Source: an uncultured Acidobacteriota bacterium (GTDB lineage: Bacteria; Acidobacteriota; Polarisedimenticolia; J045). From it: a stretch of DNA of 64,000 bases. Where the stretch lies: the NCBI GenBank assembly GCA_963702425.1, contig CAVPCQ010000006.1, forward strand, positions 96,001-160,000, in the 5' to 3' direction. This document shows positions 39,270 through 50,439 of this stretch, piece by piece. Under the pieces are notes generated by a model. That model was not told the DNA's origin. It saw only the letters and a program-made list of their open reading frames with translations, and ran no database searches. Positions within the stretch are counted from its first letter, which is position 1, and the number at the start of each line of letters is the position of its first letter. The translations under genes and the position numbers were made by a program.

Positions 39270-40133
39270 TCAGCGCGGGCGTTCGGACTGGTTCAGTCGC
39301 CGCAGGTAGTCGGGGTCGGTGAGTTCGTCGAGGTTCGGCGTCTCCACCGCCGACTCCGGGTCGCCGATCCGGAGCGGCCGGCGACGTCCTTCTTCGTTCC
39401 CCACCTGATCGACGGCGTTGACGAAGTAGAACACGATCCGCTCTGCGGCCACGTCCTCGGGGTTCGGGGGCGGCTCGAACGCGGCCTGGGTGTCGCTCGT
39501 TTCCTGGGCGATGTAGCGGGTCATCAGCGGGAAGCGCTTCAGCGTCTTGTCGAAGCGGTAGACGCGGTAGCCGGCCACCTGCTCCATGTCGTCGCTCATG
39601 TCCCGCATGACGGGGGTCCACCAGAGCTGGAGCGTGCCGTCCGGGAGCCGCCGCAGCCGCAACGAGTCGACGGGGGCGGGCGGACGGGTGTCGATCTCGA
39701 ACTGCTGGACGCCGTCGAGCGGCAACCAGCCGCCGTTGCCCCGGGCCTTCGCGGCGCGCCAGAAGTACGTGCCGTCGACCAGCTTGCCGTTGACGCGGTA
39801 GTGGATCCCCTGGTAGTTCGTCGGGAGGTACTTCGCCGGCACGTCTGCGACATTGTACGAGTCGCCGAGCAGCCAGCCGACCTTCTCCTTCTTCCCGTCG
39901 AACGTCGCCACGATCCGGTCGAAGTCCGAGTCGAGTGCGACCTCGATCCGGTAGTACTCCTCGGGAAGGGGACGCCCCGAAGCCTCGATGTAGAAGCTGA
40001 CGGTCGAGGAGACGATCTCGCCCCGGCCGGGCGCGGCCGGCCGCTCCCCCTCGAAGGCCCAGCTTGCCGGAGTGCCGGAGGCGGCGGCAAGCGCGAGCAC
40101 GGACAGACGCAGAACGACGGGACGCAGGGGCAT
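39270..40133 (-). CDS. Hypothetical secreted protein with two fibronectin-III/Ig-like domains
   Basis: Signal peptide; YRIEVALDSDF, LVDGTYFWRA, IDTRPPAPV..L, VAGYRVYR, FYFVNAVDQVGNE. Confidence 0.65.
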   Translation of the reverse strand: MPLRPVVLRLSVLALAAASGTPASWAFEGERPAAPGRGEIVSSTVSFYIEASGRPLPEEYYRIEVALDSDFDRIVATFDGKKEKVGWLLGDSYNVADVPAKYLPTNYQGIHYRVNGKLVDGTYFWRAAKARGNGGWLPLDGVQQFEIDTRPPAPVDSLRLRRLPDGTLQLWWTPVMRDMSDDMEQVAGYRVYRFDKTLKRFPLMTRYIAQETSDTQAAFEPPPNPEDVAAERIVFYFVNAVDQVGNEEGRRRPLRIGDPESAVETPNLDELTDPDYLRRLNQSERPR

Positions 40134-40258
40134 CGGGGCTCCGGGTGGCATTTCTCTTATACCGCCCACCCCGGGGCGCGGCAAACCAAACCGCCCCGGG
40201 CCGGCGGGGATTACCCACCGCGGTCGCGGGGCGCCGGGACTCGACCGCCCCGCGGCGG

Positions 40259-40675
40259 TCAGAACGGGATGTCGTCGTCCTGGATCGGGTCCTGGCCCTG
40301 CAGCTCCGGCGGCGGCCCGCCGGGTCCGCGGTCCATCCCCTCGCCGCGGCCTCCGAGGAGCTGGATCTGGTCGGCGCGCACCTCGAGGCTGGTCCGGTTC
40401 TTCCCGTCGCGGTCGGTGTATTCCCGCACCCGGAGGCGGCCGTCGACGTAGACCTGCTTCCCCTTCACCAGGTATTGCTTCAGGGACTCGGCCTGCTTGC
40501 CCCAGACATTGATGCGGAACCAGGTGGTCGTCTCCTGCCCGCCCGCGTTGCGGTCGCCCGAGCGCTCGTTGACGGCGAGCGTGAACTCGAGCACGGCGGC
40601 ACCCGAGGGCGTGTACTTCAGCTCGGCATCGCGACCGAGGTTTCCGACGAGGATGATCTTTGCGAGCGACGCCAT
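40259..40675 (-). CDS. ssb: Single-stranded DNA-binding protein
   Basis: IILVGNLGRDAELKYTPSG, TTWFRINVWG, KGKQVYVDGRL, C-terminal DDDIPF. Confidence 0.97.
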   Translation of the reverse strand: MASLAKIILVGNLGRDAELKYTPSGAAVLEFTLAVNERSGDRNAGGQETTTWFRINVWGKQAESLKQYLVKGKQVYVDGRLRVREYTDRDGKNRTSLEVRADQIQLLGGRGEGMDRGPGGPPPELQGQDPIQDDDIPF

Positions 40676-40804
40676 CCGTTCTCCCTCCTCCGCGCAACCT
40701 GAACTCCCGCGGGCAGCGCGTGAGATTGTCACGCGCGGCGCAGGGGGTCAACCCGCCGCGACGAGGACCTGTCCCGGGCCCGGGAAGTGCGCATAATGCG
40801 CGGC

Positions 40805-41266
40805 GTGAAGGTCCTCGTACAGCGCGTGGCCCGGGCGTCGGTCGCGGTCGAAGGGGAGGCGCTCGGCGCGATCGGTGTCGGGGCGCTCGTGCTGCTCGGC
40901 GTCGAACGCGGTGACACCCCCGAGCTGGCGGGATGGTATGCGCGACGGCTCGCGTCGATGAGGCTCTTCCCCGGCGACGGGGCGCTCTGGAGCCGCACGC
41001 TGGCCGAGGTGGGCGGGGCCGTGCTCGTCGTCTCCCAATTCACCCTGGCCGCCCGGACGCGCAAGGGGCGGCGCCCGTCGTTCGACGCGGCTGCGCCCCC
41101 GGAACTGGCCGTCCCGCTTTGTGCGACCTTTGCCGAGACGCTGCGCGGCGAGGGGCTTCGCGTCGAAGAGGGGCGCTTCGGCGCGATGATGCAGGTCGAG
41201 TTGGTCAACGACGGGCCGGTGACCTTCCTGCTCGACGGGCCCCTCGCGCCCGGAAGCGCGCCGTGA
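40805..41266 (+). CDS. dtd: D-aminoacyl-tRNA deacylase
   Basis: [44 protein letters not shown] lies 7 nt before the GTG with no SD, so possibly leaderless. Confidence 0.95.
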   Translation: MKVLVQRVARASVAVEGEALGAIGVGALVLLGVERGDTPELAGWYARRLASMRLFPGDGALWSRTLAEVGGAVLVVSQFTLAARTRKGRRPSFDAAAPPELAVPLCATFAETLRGEGLRVEEGRFGAMMQVELVNDGPVTFLLDGPLAPGSAP

Positions 41267-42156
41267 GCGACGCCGGCCCGTCCGTCGCGGCGTTTCTCCA
41301 GGACCTCGTCGCCGTGCGCGGGCTGTCGGCCCGGACCGTCGATGCCTACGGACGCGACCTGGCAGCCCTCTCCGACTTCCTCGCCGGGCGCGATGGCGCC
41401 GACCTCGTCGCGGTGGACGAGGACTCCCTGACAGCGTGGTTGAGAGCGCAGAAGGCGGCCGGGCTCTCGCCCGCCACGCGGGCTCGGCGGCTGGCGGCGG
41501 TCCGCGCGTACCTGCGCTATCTGCGCGAGGAGCGGGTGCGCGACGACGATCCCGGCCTCCGCCTCCCGGCCCCGCGGAAGCGGCGCCCGCTGCCGCGCGT
41601 GCTGAGCGAGTCCGATGTCGAGCGCCTGCTGGCCAGCCCGGAGACCGCCACGCCGCGCGGCCGGCGCGACCGCGCGATGCTCGAGCTGCTGTACGCCTCG
41701 GGGTTGCGCGTGTCGGAACTCTGCGCGCTGCGCACGGGGCAGCTCGACCTGCGCCGCGGGCTGGTGCGTGTGATGGGAAAGGGGAGCCGCGAGCGGATCG
41801 TTCCGGTCGGCGCGAAGGCGCTCGCCGCGCTGCGCGACTACCTCGAGCAGGGCCGGCCGGCATTCCGCCCGCGAGGGGACACGCTGTTCCCGGGGCGCGC
41901 CGGGCGGCCGATGACGCGCCAGAACTTCTGGGTCCAGCTCCGGCGGCTCGGGCAGGCTGCCGGGATCGACGCCTCGCGGCTCTCGCCGCACGTCGTGCGC
42001 CACTCGTTCGCCACCCACCTGGTCGAGCACGGAGCCGATCTGCGGACGGTGCAGCAGTTGCTGGGACACCGCGACATCTCGACCACCGAGATCTACACCC
42101 ACGTCGCACGCGAGCGGTTGCGCCGGCTATACGACGAGCACCACCCCCGGGCGTGA
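41263..42156 (+). CDS. xerD: Site-specific tyrosine recombinase XerD
   Basis: [71 protein letters not shown]. Confidence 0.93.
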   Translation: MSDAGPSVAAFLQDLVAVRGLSARTVDAYGRDLAALSDFLAGRDGADLVAVDEDSLTAWLRAQKAAGLSPATRARRLAAVRAYLRYLREERVRDDDPGLRLPAPRKRRPLPRVLSESDVERLLASPETATPRGRRDRAMLELLYASGLRVSELCALRTGQLDLRRGLVRVMGKGSRERIVPVGAKALAALRDYLEQGRPAFRPRGDTLFPGRAGRPMTRQNFWVQLRRLGQAAGIDASRLSPHVVRHSFATHLVEHGADLRTVQQLLGHRDISTTEIYTHVARERLRRLYDEHHPRA

Positions 42157-42206
42157 CGGCCCCCGCGTCGGGCGGGTATGCTGAGGCCTGGCCCGGGAGA
42201 GACGCC

Positions 42207-43157
42207 GTGACCGACGACAGCTTCGAAAAGCCGATCCTCGAGCTCGAGCAGAAGATCGAGGAGCTCGCCGGGCTCGGCAATCCGGCGCTCGACGACGAGA
42301 TCGCGAGTCTGCGCGACAAGCTCGACGCGGTCCGGCGCGGGATCTACTCGCAGCTCGACCCGTGGCAGAAAACGCAGGTCGCGCGCCACGCGCGACGGCC
42401 GTACACGCTGGATTACGTCGGCGGCCTGCTCGAGGACTGGATCGAGCTGCACGGCGACCGGCGCTTCTCCGACGACCACGCGATCGTCGCCGGGCTCGGC
42501 CGGTTCCGCGGCCGGCCGGTGGCCGTGGTGGGGCACCAGAAGGGGCGCGCCACGCGCGAGAAGCTGCAGCGCAACTTCGGCATGCCGCGTCCGGACGGCT
42601 ACCGCAAGGCGCTGCGCGTGATGCAGATGGCGGAGAAGTTCGGCCGGCCGGTTCTGACCTTCATCGACACGCCGGGGGCCTATCCGGGGATCGACGCGGA
42701 GGAACGCGGACAGGCGGAGGCGATCGCCTTCAATCTGCGCGAAATGGCGCGGCTGCGGGTGCCGGTGATCTGCACCGTGACTGGCGAGGGCGGCTCGGGC
42801 GGCGCGCTGGCGATCGGCGTCGGGAACCGCGTCAACATGCTCGAGTACTCGATCTACTCGGTCATCAGCCCGGAGGGCTGTGCGTCGATCCTGTGGCGCG
42901 ACGCGTCGAAAGCGCCGGAGATGGCGCAGGCGCTGCGCCTCACCGCGCCCGATCTGAAGGAGCTCGAAGTGATCGACGAGATCATCCCCGAACCGGCCGG
43001 GGCGGCACACTCCGATCCGCAGGGGACGATCGACGCCGTCGGCCGCGTGCTCGAGCGCCAGCTCGACGAACTGGCGGCGCTCACTCCGGAGGAGTTGCTG
43101 GAAGACCGCTACCAGCGCTTCCGGCGGATCGGCAGGTTCACCGAGCTGCACGTCTGA
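42207..43157 (+). CDS. accA: Acetyl-CoA carboxylase carboxyltransferase alpha subunit
   Basis: [51 protein letters not shown]. Confidence 0.97.
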   Translation: MTDDSFEKPILELEQKIEELAGLGNPALDDEIASLRDKLDAVRRGIYSQLDPWQKTQVARHARRPYTLDYVGGLLEDWIELHGDRRFSDDHAIVAGLGRFRGRPVAVVGHQKGRATREKLQRNFGMPRPDGYRKALRVMQMAEKFGRPVLTFIDTPGAYPGIDAEERGQAEAIAFNLREMARLRVPVICTVTGEGGSGGALAIGVGNRVNMLEYSIYSVISPEGCASILWRDASKAPEMAQALRLTAPDLKELEVIDEIIPEPAGAAHSDPQGTIDAVGRVLERQLDELAALTPEELLEDRYQRFRRIGRFTELHV

Positions 43158-43161
43158 GCGG

Positions 43162-43956
43162 TCAGGCGAGGCGCTTGGCGGCGTTCCAGCGCCGGTCGAG
43201 CTCTGTCGCGTCGAGATCCTCCAGCCGCACTCCGTCTGCGGCCGCGCGCCCCTCGACCCGCCGGAAGCGCTCGGCGAACTTCGCGGTCGCGCGCGCGAGC
43301 GCCCCTTCGGGGTCGAGCTTCAGCTTTCGCGCGAGGCTGGCCGCCGCGAACAGGAGATCGCCGAGTTCCTCCTCGACCCCGGCCCGGTCGCCGTCGACAA
43401 GCGCGGCCCGCAACTCGGCGGCCTCCTCCATCAGCTTGTCGACGATCCCCTCCGGCCGCGGCCAGTCGAAACCGGCGCGGGACGCCTTGTCGGCGACAGC
43501 CGAGGCCCGGCCGAGGGCCGGCAGCCCGCGCGGAATACCGTCCAGCCGGGAGACCGGGGCGGTTCCGCCGCCGGCTGCCGGGCCCCCCGCCTTCTCGGCG
43601 CGCTTGATCTCGTCCCAGCGGCGCCAGACGTCCTCCACCCGGTGCGCCTCGGCGTCGCCGAAGACGTGGGGATGCCGCCGCTCGAGCTTGGCCGAGATCG
43701 CGTCGGCGACGTCCTCGAACCGGAAATGCCCCTCCTCCTCCGCGATCCTCGCCAGGAACGCCACCTGCAGCAGCAGGTCGCCCAACTCCTCCCGGAGCTC
43801 GTCCCAATCCCCGCCGTCGATCGCTTCCACGACCTCGTGGGCCTCTTCCAGCACATAGGGGCGCAGCGTGCGCAGCGTCTGCTCCCGGTCCCACGGGCAG
43901 CCGTTCTCGCCGCGAAGGCGGGCCATGATCGCGATCAACCGGTCGGTGGCGTCCAC
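43162..43956 (-). CDS. mazG: Nucleoside triphosphate pyrophosphohydrolase MazG
   Basis: LRGENGCPWDREQT, EELGDLL (twice), RRHPHVFG, AGFDW. Confidence 0.95.
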   Translation of the reverse strand: MDATDRLIAIMARLRGENGCPWDREQTLRTLRPYVLEEAHEVVEAIDGGDWDELREELGDLLLQVAFLARIAEEEGHFRFEDVADAISAKLERRHPHVFGDAEAHRVEDVWRRWDEIKRAEKAGGPAAGGGTAPVSRLDGIPRGLPALGRASAVADKASRAGFDWPRPEGIVDKLMEEAAELRAALVDGDRAGVEEELGDLLFAAASLARKLKLDPEGALARATAKFAERFRRVEGRAAADGVRLEDLDATELDRRWNAAKRLA

Positions 43957-44092
43957 GTCGGCGTCTCCCTGGGGGGCTCGACCCCCGTGTCCTCGGTCGT
44001 TCGAGGCAATCCGCGGAGGTTTGGAACCGCGGAAAGGGCGGGTACTATTCTCGCCGAGGAACCACCTTCTCCAGAGCGGAGATCCCAGACCG

Positions 44093-44464
44093 ATGACCGA
44101 TGCCGACGACTGCCGGAGAGCCCCCGGAGCCGGCGGGGGAGAGGACGTGCCGCTCCCCGGCGGCGGCGTGATGCATCGCGAGCCCGCTTCCGCCGATCCG
44201 CGGCCCGAGCCGGACCTTCCTGTCACCCTCGAGACGATCGTCAAGCCGTTCTTCCTGATGGGGCTGGCCGCGTTGGGCGTGATCCCCCACCCCGATCACG
44301 GCGGGTCGCAGGTCGACCTCGCGGCCGCCCGCCTTGCGATCGCGGCGCTCGAGCTGCTCCGGGAGAAGACCTCGGGCAACGCCTCGGACGAGGAGCGACG
44401 CCTGATCGAACAGGCGCTGCTCGACTTGAAGATGCAGTACGTCGAGGTGCGGGGCAGCTTGTGA
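44093..44464 (+). CDS. DUF1844-family protein
   Basis: ALGVIPHP...VDLAAARLAI..LELLREKTSGN...EE..L....L.DLKMQYV pattern; divergent from mazG. Confidence 0.75.
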   Translation: MTDADDCRRAPGAGGGEDVPLPGGGVMHREPASADPRPEPDLPVTLETIVKPFFLMGLAALGVIPHPDHGGSQVDLAAARLAIAALELLREKTSGNASDEERRLIEQALLDLKMQYVEVRGSL

Positions 44465-46379
44465 CGCGCGGACTGTCGAAGAGGGGCCTCGCGGCCGCTG
44501 CAATCGCGGCGGTGGGTTTCGCGATCTGGGCCGGGGGAACGGCCCGGGCGCAGCAGGCCCGGCCCGAGAGCACCTCCGCGCCGGCGCCCCCCGCGGCCAC
44601 CGCCACGCCCGAGAGCGACGCCAACTTCGCCACATCCCTCACCAACCGCGTCGAGGGACGCTGGCTGCGGCGCCGGGGCCTGCTGGCGCAGGGGAACGCC
44701 TCCGAGGTCGCGCAATCGTCGCAGGAGCTGCTCGATTTCCTGCGCGAGGAGGGGATCGGCCGTCTCGAACCGGTGGCAGACGCGGCCGTGCTCGAAGCGC
44801 GGCGCGAGCTGCAGGTCGGGAATCTCTCCGCGGCGCGCGAGACATTCGGGCTCGCGGCGCAGCTCGACCCCGAGCAGCCGGCGGCGATCTGGGGCGTCGC
44901 ACGGACGCGCTGGCAGACCGAAGGGGGGATCGGCGCGCTCGTCTCGGGCGGTTTCCAGGCTCTGCGCGCGGGGGCCCGCAACTTCTGGACCGTCTACCGC
45001 GACCTGGTCCAGTCCGGGACCTGGGTCTTCCTCGCCCTGCTCGCGACCGGCGCCGGTCTCGTCGTCGTCCTGCTGATCAAACACGGCGGCGAACTCGCCC
45101 ACGAGGTCGACGAGCGGTTGCCGCGCAGCTGGATCCCGGCCTGGCGCCGCGTCATCGCCTGGGCCGTCATCCTCTCGCCGATCGTGCTCGTCGTGCCTGG
45201 CCCGTGGGCGCTGCTGCTGTGGGCAGTCGCGCTGGCGATCGTCGCGGAGCGGCCCGCACGGTACGCGCTGCTCACCTGGCTGGCCGTGCTGGCGCTCGCG
45301 GTCCCGGCGTCGGCCGTCGTCGGGAACCTGGCCGGCGTGGCCGCGTCGCCGGCTGCTCGGGCGGCGGTGGCCTCGGCCGAGCGCTCGCTGCAGCCCGACC
45401 TGCTCGTCGAACTGACCTCGATGATCGAAGCGGAGCCGCGACAGGCCACCTGGAAGGTGCTCGCCGCACGCCACCTCGCCGCGCATTACCCCGACCGCGC
45501 GGTCGAACTGCTGCGCCAGGCCGCAGCCGAGGCACCGCGCGACGCGCGGACGCGAGTGCTGCTGGGGAACGTCTTCTACCGCGCGGCGCGCTACGAGACG
45601 GCCGGCGTGGAGTACCGAGCGGCGGCGCAGCTCGATCCGAAGGACCCGCTGGCCTGGTTCAACCTGGCGCGGGTCCGACTGGCCACCTTCCAGTTCCCGG
45701 GAGCCGAGGAGGCGATGCGGCAGGCCCGGACCCTTTCGAAGCGGACGGTCGCGCGGCTCGAGAGCGAGCTGCCGCAGGCCGAGGTAGCCGACCCCGAGTT
45801 CGGCGCCGTCGAGGTGGCCCGGCAGGTCCTGGCGGGCCGGAGCGTGCCCGGGACATGGACTGCCATTCGCTTCGGCAACCCGCTCACGCTGGCCGCCATC
45901 GCGGCCCTGCTGCTGGCGATCGCGCTGCGGATCCGCACAGGAGGCGCACGCTCGATCGCCTGCCCGCGCTGCGGTCACCCCACCTGTCCGCGCTGCGCCG
46001 CGCGGATCGGCGAAGACGGGACCTGTTTCCGCTGCGGCCAGCTGCTGTCGCGGCGCGAGGGGCTGGATCCCGACGCACGCCGGGAGCAGGCCCAACGGAT
46101 CGAGCGTCACCTCCGCCGGCGCAGCCGCCTGCTGACCGGGCTGCACCTGGCGTGGCCGGGCCTCTCATGGGTCTACGAGGGGCGGGTTTGGACGGGACTG
46201 GCGATCGCTGCGACGTGGGCGTTCCTCTTGCTCGGCGCCCTCTTCCCCGAGCGTCTGCTCCCGGTCGCCTCCGCCGCCCCACCCTGGCGGACCGGGATGC
46301 CGATGGCGCTCGCCGCGGCGGGCTTCTGGATCGTCATGCAACTCCCTTGGCTGCGCCCGCGCCGGGCGGGGGGAGGTAA
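44461..46379 (+). CDS. Multi-pass membrane protein with TPR repeats and Cys-rich Zn-finger (reads into the next gene in this sequence, probably through a homopolymer error)
   Basis: Signal peptide, TPR helices, several TM segments, CPRCGHPTCPRC...CFRC. One extra G in the run at 46368-46373 would bring TAA 46377-46379 into frame. Confidence 0.65.
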
Positions 46380-46380
46380 C

Positions 46381-47691
46381 GTGGCGCTGCGCGGCACGCT
46401 CGGCGACTTCTCGCTCGCCGACATCCTCCAGCTGATCGGGCTGCAGCGGAAGACCGGACTGCTCGTCCTGCAGCGCGACGAGGAGCAGGTGCGGGTCGGC
46501 TTCGAGAACGGGCGCGTCGTCGCCGCCGAGACCTCGTTGCGCCCACCCGAAGGCCGGATCGGGCAGTACCTGCTGCGCTCCGGGAAGCTCACCGAGCAGC
46601 GCCTCGAGGCCGCGCTGCGCGAGCAGGATGCGTCGCTCCAGCGGCTCGGGCACCTGCTGGTGGAGAAGCGCTGGGTCGATCGCGAGACGATCCGGCAGAT
46701 CCTGACGCTGCAGGTCAGTGAGACGGTCTACGACCTGTTCCGGTGGCGGGATGGCGAGTACGACTTCCAGCCCGGTGTGACCTCCGCCTGGGACCGGGAG
46801 TTCGTGGAGCCGATTGCCTGCGACACGCTGCTCATGCAGGGCGCGCAGATGGTCGACGAGTGGCCGCTGATCGAGCGCTACATCCCGTCGGGCGCGGTGG
46901 TGCTCCGCCCGACGCGCGAGGCGGCGAGTTTCCTCGCGACCGGCAGCGAGGCCCAGGAGGGGAAGGGTACGGTCTACGAGCAGGACCTCGACTTCGGCTT
47001 CATCCCGGCCGATCCGCTTCACGAGGGGGACGGCGGTCCCAGGCTCGGGGAGCGTGAGCGAGGCGTGCTGCGCTGGATCGATGGACAGCGCACCGCCGGC
47101 GAGGTCGCCGAACTGGCCGGGCTGGGGACCTTCGAGTCGTTCAAGACGCTCGCCCACCTGGTCGAGCTGAAGATGCTGGAGCCCGTGGCGACCGAGGCCG
47201 TCGCGCCAGAAGCGACGGCTCCGGCGCTGATGCGTTCCAAGCTGGCAGCGCGGGTGGCGGCCTTCGCGGTCGCGGCGCTCGCGGTGCTGGGCGCGCTCGC
47301 GGCCGGCCAGGCCCTGGTCCGGGCCTTCTTCCCCGGGACCCGCGCCCTGCCGCTGCCGGCGACCGCCGCTTCGGCGGCCTGGATCGGCCGGACCGCGGGC
47401 CTGGACGACGTCCGGCGCGCGGAGAGCGCGGTCCGCATGGCGCGCGTCGAGCGCGGCGTCCACGTCTACTACCTCGACACCGCGAATTGGCCGCGCACGC
47501 TGGCCGAGGTCGTCGAGCGCGGGCTTCTCCCGCGCTCCCTGGCGCGGGACCCGTGGGGCCGACCCTACCTCTACGAAGTGCTGCCAGAGAGCTTCCGGAT
47601 CGCCGAGGCCGGACCGACGGCCGGCCGGCCAGCCCAGGTGATCGAGCGCGCCCTCACCCCCCTCGAGAAGTCCGCGTCGGGCGGCCGCTGA
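46381..47691 (+). CDS. DUF4388-domain membrane protein with MshEN-like motif and GspG-like C-terminal domain
   Basis: GGAGG plus GTG; ALRGTLGDFSLADILQLIGLQRKTGLL, tandem RxGxxL..G..T..L..AL..Q repeats, LFRWRDGEYDF, TM segment, DPWGRPY. Confidence 0.8.
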   Translation: MALRGTLGDFSLADILQLIGLQRKTGLLVLQRDEEQVRVGFENGRVVAAETSLRPPEGRIGQYLLRSGKLTEQRLEAALREQDASLQRLGHLLVEKRWVDRETIRQILTLQVSETVYDLFRWRDGEYDFQPGVTSAWDREFVEPIACDTLLMQGAQMVDEWPLIERYIPSGAVVLRPTREAASFLATGSEAQEGKGTVYEQDLDFGFIPADPLHEGDGGPRLGERERGVLRWIDGQRTAGEVAELAGLGTFESFKTLAHLVELKMLEPVATEAVAPEATAPALMRSKLAARVAAFAVAALAVLGALAAGQALVRAFFPGTRALPLPATAASAAWIGRTAGLDDVRRAESAVRMARVERGVHVYYLDTANWPRTLAEVVERGLLPRSLARDPWGRPYLYEVLPESFRIAEAGPTAGRPAQVIERALTPLEKSASGGR

Positions 47692-47730
47692 GCGGTTTCC
47701 CCGGGGTGGCCCATCGCCCGCGGCCCCCGA

Positions 47731-47759
47731 TTGACACGCTGCACACCCGGTCTTAGAAA
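47731..47759 (+). promoter_or_regulatory. Putative sigma70-type promoter of dnaK
   Basis: TTGACA-N17-TAGAAA about 95 nt upstream of the ATG; no CIRCE element seen. Confidence 0.45.
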
Positions 47760-47854
47760 CGCGGCGCAACCGGGGCGACGTGTGTCCCCCGGCGGGCCCG
47801 AGGCCGGCCCGGCGCAGCGCGCCGGGGCGCGGCAGGCCCCTCGAGGAGAGCCAG

Positions 47855-49775
47855 ATGGCCAAGATGATCGGAATCGACCTCGGCACCACCAACTCGGTGG
47901 TGGCCGTGATGGAGGGCGGCAAGCCCGTCGTGATCGCCAACGCGGAGGGGACCCGCACCACCCCCTCCGTCGTGGCGTTCAAGGACAACAACGAACGGGT
48001 GGTCGGCGTGCAGGCCAAGCGCCAGGCGGTGACGAACCCCGAGCGGACCGTCTTCTCGATCAAGCGCTTCATGGGCTGGAAGCACCGCGACCTGAAGGGC
48101 GAGGAGAAGCGGGTCCCCTACAAGGTCGTCGAGGCCGAGAACGGGGACACCCGGATCCAGATCGACGGCCGCGTCTACTCGCCGCCCGAGATCTCGGCGA
48201 TGGTCCTGCAGAAGCTCAAGGCCGACGCCGAGGCCTACCTCGGCGAGAAGATCGACCGCGCCGTGATCACGGTGCCGGCCTACTTCAACGACGCCCAGCG
48301 CCAGGCGACGAAGGACGCCGGCCAGATCGCCGGCTTCAAGGTCGACCGGCTCGTGCCCGAGCCGACCGCGGCCGCGCTGGCCTACGGCCTCGAGCGGAAG
48401 AAGGACGAGAAGATCGCGGTCTACGACTTCGGCGGCGGCACCTTCGACATCTCGATCCTCGAGGTCGGGGACGGCGTGGTCGAGGTCAAGTCGACCTCCG
48501 GCGACACGCACCTCGGCGGCGACGACATCGACGCCCGGCTGATGGAGTGGATCGCCGACGAGTTCAAGAAGGAGTCGGGAATCGACCTGTCGAAGGACAA
48601 GATGGCGCTGCAGCGGCTCAAGGAGGCCGCCGAGAAGGCCAAGATCGAGCTCTCCACGATGATGGAGACCGACATCAACCTGCCCTTCATCACCGCCGAC
48701 GCCTCGGGCCCCAAGCACCTCACGATGCGCCTGACGCGCGCCAGGTTCGAGCAGCTCGTGGGCGACATCATCCGCCGCACGATGCCGCCGCTCGAGCAGG
48801 CGCTCAAGGACTCCGGGCTGTCCGCGAAGGAGATCCACGAGGTCATCCTGGTCGGCGGCTCGACCCGCATCCCGATGGTCCAGCAGCTGGTCACCGAGTT
48901 CTTCGGCAAGGAGCCGAACAAGAGCGTCAACCCCGACGAGGTCGTCGCGGTCGGCGCGGCGATCCAGGCCGGCATCCTGGGCGGCGAGGTCAAGGACGTC
49001 CTGCTGCTCGACGTGACCCCGCTCTCGCTGGGGATCGAGACCTACGGCGGCGTCATGACGACGCTGATCCCGCGCAACACGACGATCCCCTCGCGCAAGT
49101 CGGAGACCTTCTCGACCGCGTCCGACAACCAGACCCAGGTCGAGGTCCACGTGCTCCAGGGCGAACGCCCGATGGCGCGCGACAACAAGTCGATCGGGAA
49201 GTTCGTGCTCGACGGCATCCCGGTGGCGCCGCGCGGCATGCCGCAGATCGAGGTGACCTTCGACATCGACACCAACGGGATCCTGCACGTGACGGCGCGC
49301 GACAAGGCGACCGGCCGCGACCAGCGGATCACGATCCAGGCCTCTTCCGGCCTCTCCGACGAACAGATCAAGCAGATGGTCGACGAGGCGCAGCGCAACG
49401 CCGACTCGGACAAGGCCCGGCGCGAGACGGCCGAGAACAAGAACCGGCTCGAGCACATGGCCTGGCAGATGGAGAAGACGCTCAAGGACGCGGGCGAGAA
49501 GCTGACGCCGGCCGAGAAGGGCGAACTCGAGGCGGCGCTGGCGGAAGCGAAGGGCGCCACGGCGGGAGACGATGCCGGGCCGGATCACGGCGGCCTACGA
49601 TCGGCTCACCCGGGCCGGCCACGCCGTCGCCCAGCACCTCTACCAGGCCGGCGGCGCGGCGGACTCCGGGCCAGCTTCCGGCGGGGACGGGGCGGCGGGC
49701 GGCTCCGCGTCGGCGCCGCACGACGGCGTCGTCGATGCCGAGGTCGTGGACGACCCGGGCTCGGGCAACCGATAA
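47855..49775 (+). CDS. dnaK: Molecular chaperone DnaK (apparent frameshift near 49578)
   Basis: [53 protein letters not shown]; C-terminal VVDAEVVD tail lies in the shifted frame ending at TAA 49775. Confidence 0.96.
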
Positions 49776-49816
49776 TCCCGCCGCCGGTGGGCGGCGAGGC
49801 ACGCGCCACGATGCGC

Positions 49817-49851
49817 GACGAGGCGGCGCCCCCCGGCGCCGCCTCGTCTTT
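49817..49851 (+). terminator. Strong hairpin downstream of dnaK (possible terminator or mRNA stabiliser)
   Basis: GACGAGGCGGCGCC-CCCC-GGCGCCGCCTCGTC, a perfect 14-bp stem followed by only TTT. Confidence 0.6.
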
Positions 49852-49876
49852 CACCCGGCGGGCCGAGGGAGTGTCG

Positions 49877-50338
49877 ATGAAGAGCTGGGACCCGTTCCGC
49901 GACCTGCTGACGATCCAGGACCGGATGAACAAGCTGTTCGAGACGGTCCTGACGGGGCCGGTTCCGACTGGACAGGACGGGGAGGGGATCCACTTCTGGC
50001 GCCCGGTCTCGGAGGTTCTCGAAACGCCCGAGGCGCTCGTCGTCGAATGCGAACTCGCGGCGCTCGAGCGCGAGCAGATCGAGATCCGGGTCGACGAGCT
50101 GCTGCTCACCGTGCAGGGCGAGCGGGCGCGGCCCGAGGACCAGGAGGACTGGACCTTCCACCGCCTGGAGCGGCCTCGCGGCAAGTTCGTGCGGAAGTTC
50201 GAGTTGCCGCTGGGGCTCGACCTCGACCGGGTGTCCGCGCAGCTGGAGGGGGGCGTGCTGCGCGTCATCCTTCCGAAGCGGCCGGAAGCGCGGGCCCGCG
50301 CGGTCCCGGTGGCGCGAACCCCCGGGCGCGACAACTGA
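49877..50338 (+). CDS. Hsp20/alpha-crystallin small heat shock protein
   Basis: [51 protein letters not shown]. Confidence 0.92.
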   Translation: MKSWDPFRDLLTIQDRMNKLFETVLTGPVPTGQDGEGIHFWRPVSEVLETPEALVVECELAALEREQIEIRVDELLLTVQGERARPEDQEDWTFHRLERPRGKFVRKFELPLGLDLDRVSAQLEGGVLRVILPKRPEARARAVPVARTPGRDN

Positions 50339-50439
50339 TCCGAGGGGTGGGCGGCGCGCGAAGCTGCCCCTATCATGTCGCGTCCCCGCCGGCCGATGAG
50401 TCGGCTCGCGGGGTCGGGGAGCGAGCCGCGGAGGGTCGG

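Noticed and set aside
41263-42156. Tyrosine recombinase as a prophage or island integrase
   Set aside because: It has XerD signatures (MTRQ, HHPRA) and sits in a housekeeping dtd-xerD-accA run with no att sites or phage genes.
43642-47691. 1349-aa TPR-DUF4388 fusion
   Set aside because: GGAGG-TAA-C-GTG follows a G6 run; one more G gives a stop plus SD and start. Treated as two genes, though a real fusion cannot be fully excluded without reads.
47780-50338. 852-aa DnaK-Hsp20 fusion in the ORF track
   Set aside because: The normal DnaK tail ([11 protein letters not shown] 49775) lies in another frame, and hsp20 has its own SD and ATG after a hairpin; a single indel near 49578 explains it.
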